From a virus (taxonomy: Duplodnaviria > Caudoviricetes), in IMG/VR virus record IMGVR_UViG_3300008255_000259, positions 1 to 36,705 of that record: a stretch of 36,705 nt of DNA. The stretch is one strand, 5' to 3'. The notes beneath the pieces were generated by a model, which saw nothing but the letters and a program-made list of their open reading frames with translations, made no database searches and was not told where the DNA came from. Shown one piece after another: positions 15,637 through 24,631 of this stretch (position 1 is the first letter of the stretch; every line of letters begins with the position of its first letter). The position numbers were made by a program, and so were the translations under genes.

Positions 15637-16701
15637 TTATGTTGTCCTGTTCACGCGGATACGTGCAGAATTTGCTTCGATAGGCGTCCACGGAACGCCG
15701 GTTGCAGGGGAAAGTTCGCTTGCATCATAATGATAGGTCGGAGAGGTAGTCAGAGGATGGTCAAGCCCATCATCATAATCCACGCCGTCAGGCGTAAGCC
15801 CAACCTGCAAATTGCCATCGCCGCCGTCAGTCTTGAACGCGCGAACAATCGAAATCATCGCGCGAACAGAAGTGACATCGGCTGGCAGATCGCCAAGGGT
15901 AAATTCCGAAGCAGCAGGCGGAGTGTCATCGGCTTCAATATAATCCGCATCATCAGGCGGGCTTTCGTCGATTAGATTAAACCCTGTTGCGCCGGAAGAC
16001 GTAGCCCAGTTAAATGCCTGGTCCCCATCGGGCCATTGATCATAGACCGAAACATTGCCCTGGAAGTCATTGAATTGCGTTCCGGCACCGTTGTAAACAA
16101 CATGATCCTTTGAATACATCTTGTTGAAGCTCCCCGATCCAGGATTACCGGAAGGATAGGAAACAATCCCGATTGTGCCGCCCGCAGGAGAAGCGTCAGT
16201 ATGGGTGAGCGCCGCAATCTCCACACCATTCTTGCGCACTTCAATTTCGCCGGTGACAACATCGGCCAGAATTTCAAGATGGTTCCATGAATTCGCAAGC
16301 AAAACGGGGAAGTCAGCCGTTTCAAGAATTGTGCTAATCCCCTTGACCAGCTCAATGCCGCCGTTCGGGCGCACACGAAGACCATAAAGGCCGCTGTTGC
16401 CGGTTGTAAGCAGATGCAAAAATCCGCGCGTGCCAGTAGGCAGCGATGCAAGATAGAACCGAAACGCGACACCTATCTTTTGATGAGGCGTAGGGATTGC
16501 CATGCGAACCGCTTCCGGTGGTCCAGACGGGCCGCTGTCGTGCCGCAAAACGACACCGTTGGGGAAGCTGGCGCTGTCAGGGTCAGCAACCAGTTGCGCG
16601 CTTGAAAGCGCAATCCAAGGCGTCCCGTTCAGCATGAAATTTCTGTCAGTCCCGTAAAGGCCAATTTGACCAGAGGGGAAATCAGCCCATTGGAGAGACA
16701 T
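15637..16701 (-). CDS. Virion protein with LamG/concanavalin-like beta-sandwich (putative receptor-binding)
   Basis: VAFRFYL..WNHLEI..GEIEVRKNG pattern; ATG overlaps the upstream TGA at 16701. Confidence 0.65.
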   Translation of the reverse strand: MSLQWADFPSGQIGLYGTDRNFMLNGTPWIALSSAQLVADPDSASFPNGVVLRHDSGPSGPPEAVRMAIPTPHQKIGVAFRFYLASLPTGTRGFLHLLTTGNSGLYGLRVRPNGGIELVKGISTILETADFPVLLANSWNHLEILADVVTGEIEVRKNGVEIAALTHTDASPAGGTIGIVSYPSGNPGSGSFNKMYSKDHVVYNGAGTQFNDFQGNVSVYDQWPDGDQAFNWATSSGATGFNLIDESPPDDADYIEADDTPPAASEFTLGDLPADVTSVRAMISIVRAFKTDGGDGNLQVGLTPDGVDYDDGLDHPLTTSPTYHYDASELSPATGVPWTPIEANSARIRVNRTT

Positions 16702-17972
16702 CAGAAACCTTCCTTCCGCTGAATAGCCATAGCTTTGCGCACAGCCTCTTCTATTGCATGGTTTGACACACGTTGCGGCCCACCGCCGCCGATCACGTAA
16801 ACAACGCCGTCCAGAGCGTCCACCACGATCACCACATCTTTCAACTGGACATCGGAGCCTTCCCAAATGCCGCGTTCAAAAACCCGCGATTGCTGGCGCG
16901 CAAAAGGTGCAGCATCTTGGCCGGTCAGATACCAAGGTTCGACAGAGGATGAACCAAGCAGCCAGAATTGATCGCCTATCACCCGCGCCGAGAAACACGG
17001 ATCAGGAGCCTTTTCGGCAGTCGCAAAGTTGAGCGGATCAATTTCAAGCTCCCCAGGCTCAAGCCAGTAATATCGACCATTCTGGCCCTCTCCTTCGGAG
17101 ACGACGAGCAGCACGTAACCGGCAATTTGTGCAACAGCCTTTATCCCCACGCTGTCAGGCGTCGGCACTTGTCGCAGCATATCATCACCGCCGCCAGAAA
17201 GCGTAGCGCCGCCCCACGAAAGATTTGCGCCCGTCTCGCTTGTGGTGATTGCATTGCCCGCAGCTCCGGCAACGCGGGCATAAACAAACAGGTCATTGGT
17301 GGCGCTGGAATATGCTTGAACGTTGGCATTTGCGACAAGCGCAGTAGAATAATCCGTTCCCTCAACACCGCTGTCATTGATCGCCGCAAACAGAGCGTCG
17401 AAAGAGGTTGCATTCAGGCCGGTAAAGTTGACCAGCCAAGGATTGCCGACCGTGCCAGCCGGTGTCCCCGCATCAACAGAGCCATTGGTAAATTCGTAAT
17501 AAACGCCATCAATCTCGACAACATCGCCATTGGCAATCGCGCCCGATGCCTGAAGTTGGCCAAGCGCTTGACCGTCTTCCATATAGACCCACAAGACACC
17601 GCCTTCAGCGAAAAACAGGTATTCTCCGACCGTGCCAAGATTGGGAGTGGCGCAAAAGCGCACAGCAGCAGTCCCACCAGTAGAAATCACACCCAAATTT
17701 TCAGGCGTCCCATTGTCGTCGATGCGGAAGAGATTATCCCCGCTCACAGCAAACAGGTTGTCGCCAAAAGCCCCCGGTTCCGAAAATGTTCCACGGACAG
17801 GGCCGGTGCCCATGCCAGACACAAAGCGACGCAACCCAGGCCGCGCCAGCAAGGAAACCGGGCCGTGTTCAGGATCAGGAGTTTGCTCGAAAAAACGATT
17901 ACGCAACCGGATTTTTGGAGCTTGCGCTACATTGCGCCGCCAATCACCAATCGCCAAAGGCACATTTGTCAA
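16701..17972 (-). CDS. N-terminal half of P22 gp10-like tail hub/DNA-stabilisation protein, with an inserted domain
   Basis: LLARPGL..GPVRG..LFAVSG..ATAEKAPD..WLLG..SVEPW..TG..PF; follows the adaptor gene. Confidence 0.8.
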   Translation of the reverse strand: MTNVPLAIGDWRRNVAQAPKIRLRNRFFEQTPDPEHGPVSLLARPGLRRFVSGMGTGPVRGTFSEPGAFGDNLFAVSGDNLFRIDDNGTPENLGVISTGGTAAVRFCATPNLGTVGEYLFFAEGGVLWVYMEDGQALGQLQASGAIANGDVVEIDGVYYEFTNGSVDAGTPAGTVGNPWLVNFTGLNATSFDALFAAINDSGVEGTDYSTALVANANVQAYSSATNDLFVYARVAGAAGNAITTSETGANLSWGGATLSGGGDDMLRQVPTPDSVGIKAVAQIAGYVLLVVSEGEGQNGRYYWLEPGELEIDPLNFATAEKAPDPCFSARVIGDQFWLLGSSSVEPWYLTGQDAAPFARQQSRVFERGIWEGSDVQLKDVVIVVDALDGVVYVIGGGGPQRVSNHAIEEAVRKAMAIQRKEGF

Positions 17973-18691
17973 CGCACCCTCCCGCGATTGAAGGCAGCAT
18001 TGCTGATGCCGAAATGCCGCTCATGCTGATTGAGCAGCCCATAGGTTCCCCAATCCTGCAAGTCACGTGGACGCCGGTAACGTGCCTGAAGGCGCGTTGC
18101 TTGGGCTTGAAGCCATGTAGCACTATCAATCTGGATTTGCTGTCCGTAGGCAGGATTGAGGCGCATCGCGAGCAGAATGCGGAAATAATCATCAAACTCG
18201 ACAGGGAAGGGCATTTGGTCAGTAGTTGCCAGCGTCGCAATCTTGACCCAATCGGCCAGATCAGCACGATAAAGCCATTCAGACATTTGCCCATTTGTCG
18301 AAAGGGTCAGGCTTGGCGCACCTTCAATCTTGCGGCCATTGCCGTCCAGCACGACATTGTAGGTTGCCAAATTGCCAGCGACATCAGCCAGGGCAAGCCG
18401 CTGGCCTTCGTATGGATTGGGATGCAAGCGAAAAGTATAAGCGCCGTTGAGATTGAGGATCAGGCGCGCATTTTCAGGAACCCAATCGCTTGTGACTGCC
18501 GAGCGGTCATATTCGCCGCCAATAGCCAGATCGCGCAGCACGCCGCCAACTTCTTGTCCGATGGTCGCGGGGATCAGTCCATTCAGCAGATCAAGACCTT
18601 CAGTCTCTTGCTCCGCTGTGAGCTGCGCATTGATGCCGAGCAAGTTGCTTTCGCGGTAAGCGCGCCGGATGATAGCCGCGACCGTTGTCAT
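17969..18691 (-). CDS. P22 gp4-like head-tail adaptor with inserted beta domain
   Basis: IIRRAYRESNLLG..GLDLLNGLI N-terminus; LAMRLNPAYG C-terminus; synteny. Confidence 0.75.
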   Translation of the reverse strand: MTTVAAIIRRAYRESNLLGINAQLTAEQETEGLDLLNGLIPATIGQEVGGVLRDLAIGGEYDRSAVTSDWVPENARLILNLNGAYTFRLHPNPYEGQRLALADVAGNLATYNVVLDGNGRKIEGAPSLTLSTNGQMSEWLYRADLADWVKIATLATTDQMPFPVEFDDYFRILLAMRLNPAYGQQIQIDSATWLQAQATRLQARYRRPRDLQDWGTYGLLNQHERHFGISNAAFNRGRVR

Positions 18692-18693
18692 GG

Positions 18694-18951
18694 TTACACC
18701 AGAAGCGTGCCAGATGCACCGCCAGCCAGAGCAATGGTCCCGCCCATGCTTGTGTTGAAGTGCGCCATCAAGGGTAGATCAAGGCCAGCAGTGACCGGGA
18801 TCGCATCAAACAGAACGGTCCCGTCAGCATCGGTGACTGTGAGTGTGCCGCTTGTCTTGGCCACAAATGCCGCAACCCGCGTTGCAGTCAGCCGATAAGA
18901 GCTATCCGCAGCCATGGGAACGGGCCGGTATGTTTCGCGCACTTTGGTCAT
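18694..18951 (-). CDS. Small head decoration/spike-base-like protein
   Basis: SGTLTVTDADG..IPVTAG..LP beta-rich pattern; post-coat position. Confidence 0.5.
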   Translation of the reverse strand: MTKVRETYRPVPMAADSSYRLTATRVAAFVAKTSGTLTVTDADGTVLFDAIPVTAGLDLPLMAHFNTSMGGTIALAGGASGTLLV

Positions 18952-19265
18952 CAGGCTTCCTTGAGGGCTTCGCGCAGATCGCCAACAAGAAGCACTCCGT
19001 TGTTGCCACTGCCTTGGAGATTGTCGAGGTCAATGCCGCGCTGTTCAGCAAGCTCAATCAGTTCATCCTTCGTCATCTTGTTCAGATCGACATTCTCATC
19101 TTCGTCATCGTCCTCATCTTCACCTTCAGGAGCAGCTTTGTCCAGTTTGGCCAAGCCTTCGGGCGTGTTGCGGTGCCAGCCTTCCGGCACATCGGCAGCG
19201 CTTTGGAACAGTTCGCATTCGCCTTCAGGGCCGTAACGATAACCAGGGAAAAGTTTCTTTGACAT
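18951..19265 (-). CDS. Small protein with acidic linker and Rho-N/E3-binding-like helical domain
   Basis: DLNKMTKDELIELAEQRGIDLDNLQGSGNNGVLLVGDL. Confidence 0.7.
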   Translation of the reverse strand: MSKKLFPGYRYGPEGECELFQSAADVPEGWHRNTPEGLAKLDKAAPEGEDEDDDEDENVDLNKMTKDELIELAEQRGIDLDNLQGSGNNGVLLVGDLREALKEA

Positions 19266-19311
19266 AATCCACCTTTTTACAATTCACGAGGCCACCCCAG
19301 CCCCAAAGGTT

Positions 19312-19339
19312 GCTCCCCGGCGCCGAAGCGCCAGGGAGC
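19312..19339 (-). terminator. cUUCGg hairpin downstream of the coat gene
   Basis: GCTCCCTGGCGC-TTCG-GCGCCGGGGAGC; weak U-tract. Confidence 0.65.
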
Positions 19340-19351
19340 GGGCGGGTAAAA

Positions 19352-20665
19352 TTATGCGCCGTTGAAGCGGACGATATTATCGCGGCAGCGCACGTTGGCC
19401 GACAGACAGACATCGAACCGGCACTTGTGATGTGCAGCGCCCGAAGCAGTATCAAATTCCGAGTGCTTCCACATACGCACGCTTACCGGGATTTTCGGCA
19501 GCGCGCGGCGCATACTTTCGCCGGTATAAGGCTTGATGAGCGGAACCGTGCCCACTTCGATTGCCGACTTGGCCAGCATCACGCGCGGGATATAACCAGT
19601 CGAAGCAGCACCCATGAACACTATCGCCGCCGTGTCAGCTGGAACAGCCGAGCAGGTAGCGTGAGCATTGTTGATGCCGACATTATCGCCGGAGCCAGTG
19701 CCAGGGACGATAATCGCCGGATAGATCGTCAGGGCAGCATCACCCAAACCATTGGCAGTTGCCGCGTTGATCACGGTAAACTGTTGCAGGTAATCGAGCG
19801 CAGCACCCTTGCGCGGATCATAGGCAAAAACGTCTGCAATCGTGAACACAGAGCCAGCCGCAACCGTGCCGGTGGTGGTAGTCAAACCCTGAACGTTCAA
19901 CGTCTGTGTCTTGAAAAGACCAGGGCCAGTAGACGAGGCCACCGCAGAATAATTGACATTCTGCATAGCTCCATCGACATTGACGCCGGTGACATCGTTG
20001 CCGTTGGTAAGCGTCGGCAATTGCTGCGTGAACATGGTCATCACGCCGCCAACTTCACCCTTGAAGCCCTTGCGAAGAGCCGTCTGCGCTTCGCCACCAG
20101 GAGCGGGCAAATTCAAGACTTGATCGCCCAGCTTTTGCTTGTCCTTGTAGGTCATGATCGCGCGAAGTTCGCTATTGGTGACGCCGTTTTCCTTCAGGCG
20201 CGTATAGGCTTCATTCACTTCGTCGGTATCATCGACCACAGCGCCAGCGGTGCCGACCCAATCATGAGAGGCGAGCGTTGCCGTGCGCAGAACGTAAGCG
20301 TCAATGCGTTCAGCCATGCGCTGCGCTGCGCCGATCAGAGCGCGACTTTCGCGAGCTGCGCCGTAGTCACGAATTTTCTCGAAGTCGCCAATGCCCATCG
20401 ACACGTTGAACGTGCGATTGACCTTGAAGATTTCAGAGCCGAAAACGGTGCCTTGAACGCCGCTCGAAAGATCAGCGACGCCATCAACCGTTTCGACAAC
20501 ATCATAAGACGGATCGACTTGCTCAATGACCTGAAGGCCATTGCGATCATCAAACTCGCCATCGTGCTTTTTCCATTCAACCGCATCAGCGGTGACAATA
20601 TTGTTTGCCATTGCGGCGATGAAAGTGTTCAGAACGATTGCATTCTGGCGGACTGTAAATGTCAT
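19352..20665 (-). CDS. Major capsid protein, P22 coat (gp5) family
   Basis: 437 aa after scaffold; AGSVFTIADVFAYDP..LQQFTV..LTIYPAII, ISVRMW..CRFDV-like motifs. Confidence 0.9.
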   Translation of the reverse strand: MTFTVRQNAIVLNTFIAAMANNIVTADAVEWKKHDGEFDDRNGLQVIEQVDPSYDVVETVDGVADLSSGVQGTVFGSEIFKVNRTFNVSMGIGDFEKIRDYGAARESRALIGAAQRMAERIDAYVLRTATLASHDWVGTAGAVVDDTDEVNEAYTRLKENGVTNSELRAIMTYKDKQKLGDQVLNLPAPGGEAQTALRKGFKGEVGGVMTMFTQQLPTLTNGNDVTGVNVDGAMQNVNYSAVASSTGPGLFKTQTLNVQGLTTTTGTVAAGSVFTIADVFAYDPRKGAALDYLQQFTVINAATANGLGDAALTIYPAIIVPGTGSGDNVGINNAHATCSAVPADTAAIVFMGAASTGYIPRVMLAKSAIEVGTVPLIKPYTGESMRRALPKIPVSVRMWKHSEFDTASGAAHHKCRFDVCLSANVRCRDNIVRFNGA

Positions 20666-20668
20666 GAT

Positions 20669-20731
20669 AAATCTTCCCTGTTGCCCTAAGGCGCTGTTCC
20701 AGTGGTAAGCGCCTTGACGGCGGGAAGACTT
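20669..20731 (-). promoter_or_regulatory. Long hairpin in the coat 5' leader pairing with the Shine-Dalgarno
   Basis: AAGTCTTCCC/GGGAAGATTT and AAGGCGCT/AGCGCCTT stems. Confidence 0.65.
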
Positions 20732-20816
20732 GGCGCGGAACAAGCGGGAAGCGCTGCCATTGTCTTTGTGCGCAATTGCAACGTCCTGCCCGTCAGAATG
20801 TTGCTGCGATGAGCGG

Positions 20817-20845
20817 CCTATAGACCATCCGTTTGTGCTTTTCAA
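20817..20845 (-). promoter_or_regulatory. sigma70-like promoter for the coat gene
   Basis: TTGAAA-N17-TATAGG immediately downstream of a terminator. Confidence 0.65.
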
Positions 20846-20876
20846 TCGCTGGATGAAATTATGAACAATGTGCGCG

Positions 20877-20907
20877 AAAACGCCCGCGTTTTGAGGCGCG
20901 GGCGTTT
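20877..20907 (-). terminator. Intrinsic terminator after scaffold (possibly bidirectional)
   Basis: AAACGCCCGCG-N8-CGCGGGCGTTTT. Confidence 0.8.
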
Positions 20908-20932
20908 GTGAGTATCAATGTCAGAAAATTAA

Positions 20933-22024
20933 TTACAGACCAATATCTTTTCCATAATGCTGCATGAAATCATCAATGTTGTCAGTGTCCGGAGAAACCT
21001 TCAGGCCGCTTCCGCTTCCACCCTTGATGCGTTTTGACGGCGGCTCTGGCGCATTTGTCGGATTGGGTGTTGAAACTGCTTTCTTGCCAGCCACGCGGGC
21101 GCGCATCCGGCCCATTGCTCGCGCCATATCAAGCGGATCACTCATATCAAGATCGCCGTCAGACGTGTCTTCGATATATTCCCCTTCCAGTTCGCCCAAG
21201 GCTAGCGCGACATTTTGCGGATTTGTGGCGTTGCGCAATTTTGCGCCAGCTTGCGCATCAGTGGCGAGGCGATAGACAAGATCGCCGCCAACAGGTGAAA
21301 CGCTGATCCCAACAGTCACCATCGGCGGGAGCGCGCCTTGCTTTGCTGCTTCGCTGATTTTGGCATCGAAATCCTGATATTTGGCGCGACCATCTGTTTC
21401 CGCCTTGCTCACGCCCTGCATGATTGCGCTGCGAATTTCTTGCTGTTGCTGCGTTTCTCGCTGCACCTTTTGCGCATCTTGGCTAACCGCCCGATCCGCA
21501 AGAGCGCGCTCATAATCGCGCTTGTCCAGTTTGTAATCTTGGCGTGCCTCAATATAGCCAGGATCGCTTTCGCCATAATCATAATCATCAGGCTTTGGCT
21601 CGACAGGCGGCTTGAGTTCGTCTTGTTCGAGTGGCTTTGACCCTTTCTCAAAGGCAGAAAGGCGGGCTTCCAGCTCTTTCGCGCGCGCTTCAGCGGCTTC
21701 GCGAAGGCGGCGCTCTTCATGCTTTTCCGCAGTCAGTTCGCCAATGCGTTCCTTCGCGGGCTTTGATCGCCGCTTTTTCTTGCTGTCATCATCAGCTTCG
21801 TCAGTATCATCGGCTTCGTCGGCTTCGTCAGCGCCTTCAGGATCGTCGCTATCACCATCAGCCTCTTGATCTTCATTGAAGCCATCGTCTCCGTCATCAT
21901 CGGCAGGAGCCTCTTCAGCGGCAGGCGCTTCAGCCTTCGGATCAGGTTTTTTCAGCGTGCTTTCGGCATCAGGGACGCCATTGGCTGCTTCAATCTCGGC
22001 AATCTGACTATCAAAATCACTCAT
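20933..22024 (-). CDS. Scaffolding protein
   Basis: Acidic N-terminus, KERIGELT coiled coil, PKPDDY, TNAPEPP; between portal and coat. Confidence 0.85.
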   Translation of the reverse strand: MSDFDSQIAEIEAANGVPDAESTLKKPDPKAEAPAAEEAPADDDGDDGFNEDQEADGDSDDPEGADEADEADDTDEADDDSKKKRRSKPAKERIGELTAEKHEERRLREAAEARAKELEARLSAFEKGSKPLEQDELKPPVEPKPDDYDYGESDPGYIEARQDYKLDKRDYERALADRAVSQDAQKVQRETQQQQEIRSAIMQGVSKAETDGRAKYQDFDAKISEAAKQGALPPMVTVGISVSPVGGDLVYRLATDAQAGAKLRNATNPQNVALALGELEGEYIEDTSDGDLDMSDPLDMARAMGRMRARVAGKKAVSTPNPTNAPEPPSKRIKGGSGSGLKVSPDTDNIDDFMQHYGKDIGL

Positions 22025-22025
22025 G

Positions 22026-23948
22026 TTATACCCCTATTTCATCAGCCGCAAACGCAGCCATTTCGGCACCCTCGAAAGCAATTTCCTTGGTCTTTTTGGC
22101 AATTTCAAGTTCAGTCAGCCGCACCTTCAGTTCAGCCTCTTGTGCTTGTGCTTCAGCTTCGCGGGCTTCAGCCACCTGTTTTGCAAGCGCCGCTTGTGCG
22201 GACTGCATTTCCATTTGCTGTTGCATCTCCGCAAGCTGCATTTGCTGTTGCATTTCGGCTTTCTTTTCGGGGGTCAAGTCTTCCATGTCGCCAGCTCCAG
22301 GCGGCTTCAGGCGCTCTGCAAATTGATCAGCAAGCGGCCAATCTTGAGCCTTGGCGATAAGATCGCCAGCCATTTCGACAACACCAGGAGACGAGCGGGC
22401 GAATTCGATCATGCCAGCAGCGGCCTCTTGACGCCGCGTCTCATGCGTTGGTCCGGTCGAAATCATCACATCGTAACGGCCCTTGGATAAATCATATTGC
22501 TCATTGACCAATTCATTGGGCTGAAAATTAGGATCGTTGATGCGGAGCAAGCGAACGCTGTCATCATCACCCATCACCCGGATGGTGCGTGCTGTGTCAT
22601 ACACTACAGGAATGAGGGCGTTGATAATTTCCCCAGCCTCTTGCATCGCCGCGTTCATGTTATCGTGATAGCCGATTGAGGCAATGTCGCCTTCATTTTG
22701 ACGGCGCTGGATAGCAATGCCAGATGTTTCGTTGCCGCCGATCCCCAAGGAAGCATCGTGCAGGCCGGTTACGTCCTTCATGTCTTGAGCGCACATTGCC
22801 GCTTCATTGACAAAGGCGGCAAGGTTTTGCGTGGTAATCGGCATGGGCATTTCTGCGCCATCGTTGAAAATCAGCGTGTTTGCCCAATCGTCTTCCCTGC
22901 CTGCAATTGCAGAATTTTGCGCAATAAAATTGGCACGAGGAGCGCCCATGAGCAATTCAGCCACTACCGAGCGCCAGTAATTCTTGAGACGTTGCGGATC
23001 GCGGGCAAAGCGCGTCAGTCCATAGCGAACGCGCCGGTCGCCAATCCAGACTTCGCGGCCCATCACGCGAACAATGGGAATGCGCGGTATTTTCAGCTCG
23101 AACGGATCAGACAATTCTTCTTGACCATTCGTGACAACCATCGTGGCATAGCGGCATTTGGACGTTCTCATGCGCGGCTGATTGTTGCTGTCACGCCAAA
23201 GCAAGGGCTTTACTTCCTCTGGATCGCGGTCGGTAATGTCCTGCACGCTGTTATCAAGAAACAAGGCAATTTCCCGGTCCCGCTCTTCGAGTTGCCAATA
23301 CTCGGCAACCCGAACGCAATCATCGGCTAGCCATCCATCCTCGCGAATTTCAGGATCAAACATGGTTGGCGCAACTGCGTCCGGATATTCATTCTTGAAG
23401 GCTTCGGGCTTCATCTTTTCGGTGACGAAACAATACTTGGCATCGCGGCCAGTAGGATCAGCGGCCATTGCGTCCCACAGGACGGCCATTGGATTGGGGA
23501 TAGCGTTGATGAACAAATCCCGCTCGAATGCGTCTTCGTAAGCATACTCAAGGTCAACGCGAAAGTTGCCAATGCCGCATGAAACGGCTTGTCCGAATGC
23601 TTGAGAATAGACGCGCTGCGCCTTGGATTGATGTTCGATAGCGCGGATCAGTTCTGAACGCACTTCGGCTATTTCCTTGTCGCCATCCTCGCGCGGAATA
23701 ACCTTGATGCTCGTTTGATTGGCGCGCCGGTCGCCAACAACCTGTCCGATGAATTGTGGTATCTGGTTGATGGTCAGACAGGGCAGGGGAAAATCCCTGT
23801 CTCCATTCTCGCGATATTCACGCACGCGCTCATCCCATTGTTCGCCTGCCTCAAACTTGAGGTCGATGATCATTTCCTCGCGATTGTCTTTGTCGCTGTC
23901 TTCAGCGTCTTTCCATTTTTCGCGGACTTCTTTGGAATGATCAGACAT
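22026..23948 (-). CDS. P22-like portal protein
   Basis: GEQW..PCLTINQI..ETSGIAIQRRQ..YDT.R..GRYDV..GP..TRRQE and Q-rich barrel. Confidence 0.95.
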   Translation of the reverse strand: MSDHSKEVREKWKDAEDSDKDNREEMIIDLKFEAGEQWDERVREYRENGDRDFPLPCLTINQIPQFIGQVVGDRRANQTSIKVIPREDGDKEIAEVRSELIRAIEHQSKAQRVYSQAFGQAVSCGIGNFRVDLEYAYEDAFERDLFINAIPNPMAVLWDAMAADPTGRDAKYCFVTEKMKPEAFKNEYPDAVAPTMFDPEIREDGWLADDCVRVAEYWQLEERDREIALFLDNSVQDITDRDPEEVKPLLWRDSNNQPRMRTSKCRYATMVVTNGQEELSDPFELKIPRIPIVRVMGREVWIGDRRVRYGLTRFARDPQRLKNYWRSVVAELLMGAPRANFIAQNSAIAGREDDWANTLIFNDGAEMPMPITTQNLAAFVNEAAMCAQDMKDVTGLHDASLGIGGNETSGIAIQRRQNEGDIASIGYHDNMNAAMQEAGEIINALIPVVYDTARTIRVMGDDDSVRLLRINDPNFQPNELVNEQYDLSKGRYDVMISTGPTHETRRQEAAAGMIEFARSSPGVVEMAGDLIAKAQDWPLADQFAERLKPPGAGDMEDLTPEKKAEMQQQMQLAEMQQQMEMQSAQAALAKQVAEAREAEAQAQEAELKVRLTELEIAKKTKEIAFEGAEMAAFAADEIGV

Positions 23949-23969
23949 CTTAATTCCTCACAACAAAAG

Positions 23970-24197
23970 TCATATTTCTTTCGTCAATTTCCGCGATTTC
24001 CGCATAAACGGCGGCATCGAAGCAGCCAGGGCAATATCAGAAACCCTTGCCGACAACATCAGTTTTGCCGATGTGCGCGGAGCTGTCTTTTCGAGCAGGC
24101 GATAGAAGCGCATCAATCCTTCGCGCTTGCGGACTGCTTCAATAGCACGCTCAATGGCTGGCATTTCGTCTTGCGCAAGTATTGTGGCTTGGCTCAC
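23970..24197 (-). CDS. Hypothetical protein
   Basis: Coupled small ORF between terL and portal. Confidence 0.5.
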   Translation of the reverse strand: MSQATILAQDEMPAIERAIEAVRKREGLMRFYRLLEKTAPRTSAKLMLSARVSDIALAASMPPFMRKSRKLTKEI

Positions 24198-24415
24198 AGG
24201 ATAATCCTTCCTTGCGGCCCTTGCGGATCACCGTTCTTTTCCATCCAGAGCGAATGAATACATGTAAGCGCGCCCCATTGCTCTGGCGTCAGGTTTTCTG
24301 CTTTGACAACCCGAAACTTGTTCTTTTCCCCAGCCCACACGAAAGCGCGCTGCCAAGTTTGATCATCCCAGCCGAACAAAAGCGGCTCGCCGGTGCGCGT
24401 CGTTCCGAGAGACAT
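24194..24415 (-). CDS. Hypothetical protein (Trp-rich)
   Basis: Coupled overlaps at both ends. Confidence 0.55.
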   Translation of the reverse strand: MSLGTTRTGEPLLFGWDDQTWQRAFVWAGEKNKFRVVKAENLTPEQWGALTCIHSLWMEKNGDPQGPQGRIIL

Positions 24416-24537
24416 CAGGACAGCGCAGCGCCGACCAGGAAGCCCAGCACAGCGCTCACAAGCATTTCTGTCTTGTGGGTGCGGAATGCGGCCCGGATGC
24501 GAGCGATTATGTGTTGCAGAAAACTCGGCTCATTCAT
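24415..24537 (-). CDS. 40-aa membrane peptide (MNEPSFLQHII...LVSAVLGFLVGAALS)
   Basis: Manually translated; AAGGAG RBS; C-terminal hydrophobic helix. Confidence 0.65.
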   Translation of the reverse strand: MNEPSFLQHIIARIRAAFRTHKTEMLVSAVLGFLVGAALS

Positions 24538-24631
24538 GATCTTTCTCCTTGTGAACAGCAATGTCGAAGCGAGAGCCATGGTCGCCTACCCATTCCCGGA
24601 TAGCCTTAGGCTCGACTTGGTATGCGTGATA

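Noticed and set aside
12109-16701. Diversity-generating retroelement or invertible tail-fibre switch
   Set aside because: No reverse transcriptase, invertase, TR/VR pair or flanking inverted repeats seen.
16968-20689. Long plus-strand ORFs (16968-18029, 17786-18898, 19310-20689)
   Set aside because: Antisense to well-supported structural genes.
20666-20845. 60-aa N-terminal extension of the coat protein from TTG 20845
   Set aside because: The TTG is the -35 box of a good promoter; the RBS and ATG at 20665 fit better.
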